This document shows positions 31,942 to 34,860 of a stretch of 34,860 nucleotides of DNA, one piece after another. How positions within the stretch are numbered: the first letter of the stretch is position 1; each line of letters starts with the position of its first letter. This DNA comes from Candidatus Stahliibacteriota bacterium. Lineage in GTDB: Bacteria > Hydrothermota > Tepidihabitantia > B3-TA06. The notes beneath the pieces were generated by a model, which saw only the letters and a program-made list of their open reading frames with translations, searched no databases and had not been told where the DNA came from. The position numbers and the translations under genes were made by a program. Location: positions 1-34,860 of the forward strand of contig DAOVCF010000003.1 in assembly GCA_030670165.1 (NCBI GenBank), in the 5' to 3' direction.

Positions 31942-32763
31942 GTGGCAGAGATACTCTGGTTGGAGCCTACCCGAGAGACTAACCTGCCTCCTACCAGTAT
32001 CTTCTTTGCTTCGGGTAGATTTGTTCTTTCCACCTTTGTGCTTGGTGATCTCGATGTTGATAGACGAAGTAAAGCCTACCGGAGGATTGTTGAGGTTATC
32101 ATTGAGCGATCCCAAGAGCTCGCTTTGGGTGATGTCAGGGTGAAGCACTCCAGGTTGTCCAGCGAGATAGTAGGTTCAGTCTTTCCCCCCTATTCTTTTC
32201 CTAAACCACCGAACGATCTTTCACCCGCAACATCCTTTCCAGATATTATTGCGGAACAGGAATTACTCCATGGGAAGCTGGAGAAGGCCGATAAACTCAA
32301 GCTTATCTTCCAGGCGGTCTACGGCGGTGAGCATCTGCTTCCCGATCCTGAAGCGGCGTGGAAGTGCCTAGAGAACGAATGGGATTCCATAGAACCGGAA
32401 AGTAAGGCAGGAAAGAGGCGTGTTACGGGTACGGGTGTTATGGGTGTTATGGGTACGGGTGAGCCGCTTGCCGAGCGAATCTCGCCTGAAGGTGATCTTT
32501 ACCGAATCAATCTGAGGCCTGCGAAGGAACTTGGGGTTGATCTAAGGGAGTTTTTTGAGGCGGTGAAGCGGTCGGCAGAGGTCGTTACCGCGGATCGCGC
32601 AAGGAGTGAGGCTCGCATACTACCCCAGTCCCGGTCGGTTGGAATAGAGCCGGATATGGTTCCCAAGGGGCCTTTTCACCACTCGAAATCCTATAGAGAG
32701 AGGGTTTCGCCTGCCTACCGTCTGATTCATGCGGCCGAGATCGGGGGTCTTTTGATTAAATGA
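31942..32763 (+). CDS. Hypothetical protein
   Basis: Likely GTG start 4 nt after the porU stop (uncertain); the C-terminal half has conserved-looking DKLKLIFQAVYGGEHL, RINLRP and FHHSKSYR...PAYRLI. Confidence 0.7.
   Translation: MAEILWLEPTRETNLPPTSIFFASGRFVLSTFVLGDLDVDRRSKAYRRIVEVIIERSQELALGDVRVKHSRLSSEIVGSVFPPYSFPKPPNDLSPATSFPDIIAEQELLHGKLEKADKLKLIFQAVYGGEHLLPDPEAAWKCLENEWDSIEPESKAGKRRVTGTGVMGVMGTGEPLAERISPEGDLYRINLRPAKELGVDLREFFEAVKRSAEVVTADRARSEARILPQSRSVGIEPDMVPKGPFHHSKSYRERVSPAYRLIHAAEIGGLLIK
32417..32460. repeat. GTGTTA(C/T)GG 9-bp repeat cluster inside a CDS, encoding RVTGTGVMGVMGTG
   Basis: ggcgtgttacgggt acgggt gttatgggt gttatgggt acgggt; reverse complement of the 16693 and 33141 unit. 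Confidence 0.85.
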
Positions 32764-32791
32764 TTGACAAGCGGGAGTTGTTTACTATAGT
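32764..32791 (+). promoter_or_regulatory. sigma70 promoter of the cupin gene
   Basis: TTGACA (32764-32769), N16, TATAGT (32786-32791), followed by an AAGGAGG SD. Confidence 0.7.
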
Positions 32792-32809
32792 GAGCAAGAA
32801 GGAGGATAG

Positions 32810-33151
32810 ATGCTCGTTCGTCACTTTACCGAGGTAAAACAGGACAAGGTAGATACTGAGGGTGCGAAGGGTGTAAAGATCCGCTGGCTTATATCCAAGA
32901 ATGAAGGGGCACCGACCTTCGCCATGCGTGAGTTTGAGGTTGAACCTGGCGGTTACACCCCTTACCATTCCCACGACTGGGAGCACGAGGTGTTTATCCT
33001 TGAAGGCGAAGGTGTAGCGGTTGGTGCCGACGGTGAAACCTCTATCAAACCTGGCATGGTGGTTTTCGTGCCCGGCGGCCAGATGCACAACTTCCGCAAC
33101 ACAGGTACCCAGACGTTACGTTTTCTATGTCTTGTTCCGCATAACCCGTAA
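32810..33151 (+). CDS. Cupin-domain protein
   Basis: FAMREFEVEPGGYTPYHSHDWEHEVFILEGEG...PGMVVFVPGGQMHNFRN (cupin motifs 1 and 2 with HxHxxxHE...H). Confidence 0.93.
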   Translation: MLVRHFTEVKQDKVDTEGAKGVKIRWLISKNEGAPTFAMREFEVEPGGYTPYHSHDWEHEVFILEGEGVAVGADGETSIKPGMVVFVPGGQMHNFRNTGTQTLRFLCLVPHNP

Positions 33152-33180
33152 CACCCGTGACACCCGTAACACGCCAACAC
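33141..33180. repeat. CCCGTAACA 9-bp tandem repeat spanning the cupin stop codon
   Basis: ataa cccgtaaca cccgtgaca cccgtaaca cgccaacac. Confidence 0.85.
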
Positions 33181-33249
33181 GTTACTTCAACGTGGTGGCA
33201 GGTTGTGAGTTTTAAGAACCTTGTAAGGATCAAACAAGGAGGAGATATT

Positions 33250-33552
33250 ATGAATCAATCCCTCGAAGATTCCTTAGTAGAGTTTTTCAGACATACAAAC
33301 GTTTCTTGTGCAATTTTAAAGACCCTTTGCGAATTCAAGGAGCCTGTTAAGTTCGATCAACTGGTGGATAGGGTAGGTTCAGTCATGACCGACCGCATCC
33401 CGGATTACGCGATTGAAGGAGCGGTTCGGGCGGCTTTAAAGCTTCTGAAAACCACGGGATGGGTTCACAAGTCCGACGACGGGTTTAGCCTGACCGATTT
33501 AGGGCGCGACCTGGCATCAAGGATCACGGAGTGTAAACCGAGAGGGTTTTAG
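33250..33552 (+). CDS. Small hypothetical protein, probable winged helix-turn-helix
   Basis: Start moved to ATG 33250 (AAGGAGGAG SD); ILKTL...VRAALKLLKTTGWV...FSLTDLGR is a typical wHTH wing pattern. Confidence 0.7.
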   Translation: MNQSLEDSLVEFFRHTNVSCAILKTLCEFKEPVKFDQLVDRVGSVMTDRIPDYAIEGAVRAALKLLKTTGWVHKSDDGFSLTDLGRDLASRITECKPRGF

Positions 33553-33588
33553 CATTAGAAGTCTTGAGGTGTAACGTATCCTTAATCC

Positions 33589-33639
33589 GTAGGGGTCGAC
33601 GTTGGCGTTTTGGACGCCCGCTTCGCCTCAGATCGGCCC
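33589..33639. repeat. GTAG-type REP-like nested palindrome between convergent genes
   Basis: GTAG, then GGGTCGA pairing with TCGGCCC (33633-33639), with an inner hairpin GGCGTT-ttg-GACGCC. Confidence 0.5.
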
Positions 33640-33667
33640 ACAATCTTATTATTGAATCGAGGACTTA

Positions 33668-34860
33668 TCAACTCGGTCGGGTTCCCTTCTTGAGAATCTC
33701 CTTGTCTATCTTTAGTTTAAGTTCACTGATCCGGTCGCGGTAGATGACTGCTTTCTCGAAGTCCAACTGATCAGCCGCCTCCTTCATCTCCTCCTGTAAC
33801 CTGGCGATCGTCGCCAGACGCTCCTCCTCGTCTTTTGGCTCGTGACCAAGATCAATCTCTTCTATCTTCCTGGCGTCGGCGACCCCGGTGGTGGCCATTA
33901 CCTGCTGGATGGATTTTTTTATGGTCTGCGGGGTTATCCCATGGTCGGTGTTGTATCGGATCTGTTTTTTTCGGCGCCGCTCCGACTCTTGCATGGCCGC
34001 CCGCATGGAGTTTGTTATCCTGTCTGCGTAAAGGAGCACCAGACCTTCCACGTTTCGCGCGGCCCGGCCCGAGGTTTGAATCAGCGACCGTGTATCGCGC
34101 AGGAACCCTTCCTTGTCCGCGTCCAGGATCGCTACAAGCGAGACCTCGGGTAGATCAAGTCCTTCCCTTAAAAGATTTATCCCCACCAGCACGTCGAACT
34201 CGCCTAATCGCAGACCGCGTAACAATTCCACCCTCTCAAGCGCGTTGATCTCCGAGTGCATGTAGTGCACCTTAAGCCCCATCTCGGCAAGGTAGGTGGC
34301 GAGGTCTTCGGCCATCCGCTTGGTCAGGGTTGTAACCAGGGTACGCTCCCCCCGCTCAACGCGCACGCGTATCTCCTCTATGAGATCATCCACCTGATTG
34401 GCGGTTGGCCGGATTATCATCGGCGGATCAACCAGACCGGTTGGACGTACCACAAGATCGATTATCCTGTCCTTAGAGTTGATGAGTTCGTAGGCTCCAG
34501 GAGTTGCCGAGGTGTAGATGCGCTGACCGACCAGCGACTCGAACTCGGCGAACTTCAAGGGCCGGTTGTCAAGCGCCGATGGCAGTCTGAACCCGTGATC
34601 CACCAGGTTCTGTTTGCGAAAGCGATCGCCCTTGTACATCCCGTCCACCTGAGGCACGCCTACGTGCGATTCGTCCATGATGGTCAAAAAATCCTTGGGA
34701 AAGTAGTCCAGAAGACACCAGGGTCTGGATCCAGCCGCTCTGCCTGAAAGATGCCTGGAGTAATTCTCGATACCCGGGCAATAGCCTACCTCCCTGAGCA
34801 TCTCGATGTCGTAGCGGGTTCTGGTTTTCAGTCTCTGCGCTTCAAGGAGCTTTCCCTGGC
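33668..34860 (-). CDS. uvrB: Excinuclease ABC subunit B (3' part; start lies beyond the window)
   Basis: Frame open to the window edge ([20 protein letters not shown]); [50 protein letters not shown]; C-terminal UVR domain. Confidence 0.99.
   Translation of the reverse strand, partial: QGKLLEAQRLKTRTRYDIEMLREVGYCPGIENYSRHLSGRAAGSRPWCLLDYFPKDFLTIMDESHVGVPQVDGMYKGDRFRKQNLVDHGFRLPSALDNRPLKFAEFESLVGQRIYTSATPGAYELINSKDRIIDLVVRPTGLVDPPMIIRPTANQVDDLIEEIRVRVERGERTLVTTLTKRMAEDLATYLAEMGLKVHYMHSEINALERVELLRGLRLGEFDVLVGINLLREGLDLPEVSLVAILDADKEGFLRDTRSLIQTSGRAARNVEGLVLLYADRITNSMRAAMQESERRRKKQIRYNTDHGITPQTIKKSIQQVMATTGVADARKIEEIDLGHEPKDEEERLATIARLQEEMKEAADQLDFEKAVIYRDRISELKLKIDKEILKKGTRPS

Overview
Bacterial chromosomal window of mostly housekeeping and cell-envelope genes. 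Secreted repeat proteins with T9SS/FlgD-like C-terminal domains, a PorU-like C25 peptidase and an Omp85 protein suggest a diderm related to the FCB group, such as WOR-3/TA06 (inference only). Left to right: an orphan secreted protein; a tRNA nucleotidyltransferase (probably CC-adding) coupled to uvrA; a 156-bp-repeat secreted protein; cdaR-like/tsaD/recJ-like; a minus-strand operon of mazG-like, four uncharacterised membrane genes (FN3/DUF6754-like cluster), PMM/PGM and efp; a second secreted repeat protein; tRNA-Thr(TGT) and tRNA-Tyr(GTA), followed by periodic repeats and a decayed IS30; a CaCA antiporter; a ~12 kb operon (glmS, peptidase-propeller-Omp85, SecD-P1-like lipoprotein, GT2, frameshifted Trm112-like gene, porU-like, hypothetical); a cupin; a wHTH protein; and the 3' part of uvrB. 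Best candidates for undescribed biology: the four-gene membrane complex; the envelope operon with a membrane-free SecD-like lipoprotein; a tRNA-Thr gene with a U1xC72 mismatch; a dispersed 9-bp repeat family inserted in frame into genes; and widespread leaderless promoters. All family assignments come from motifs recognised by eye, not from database searches.
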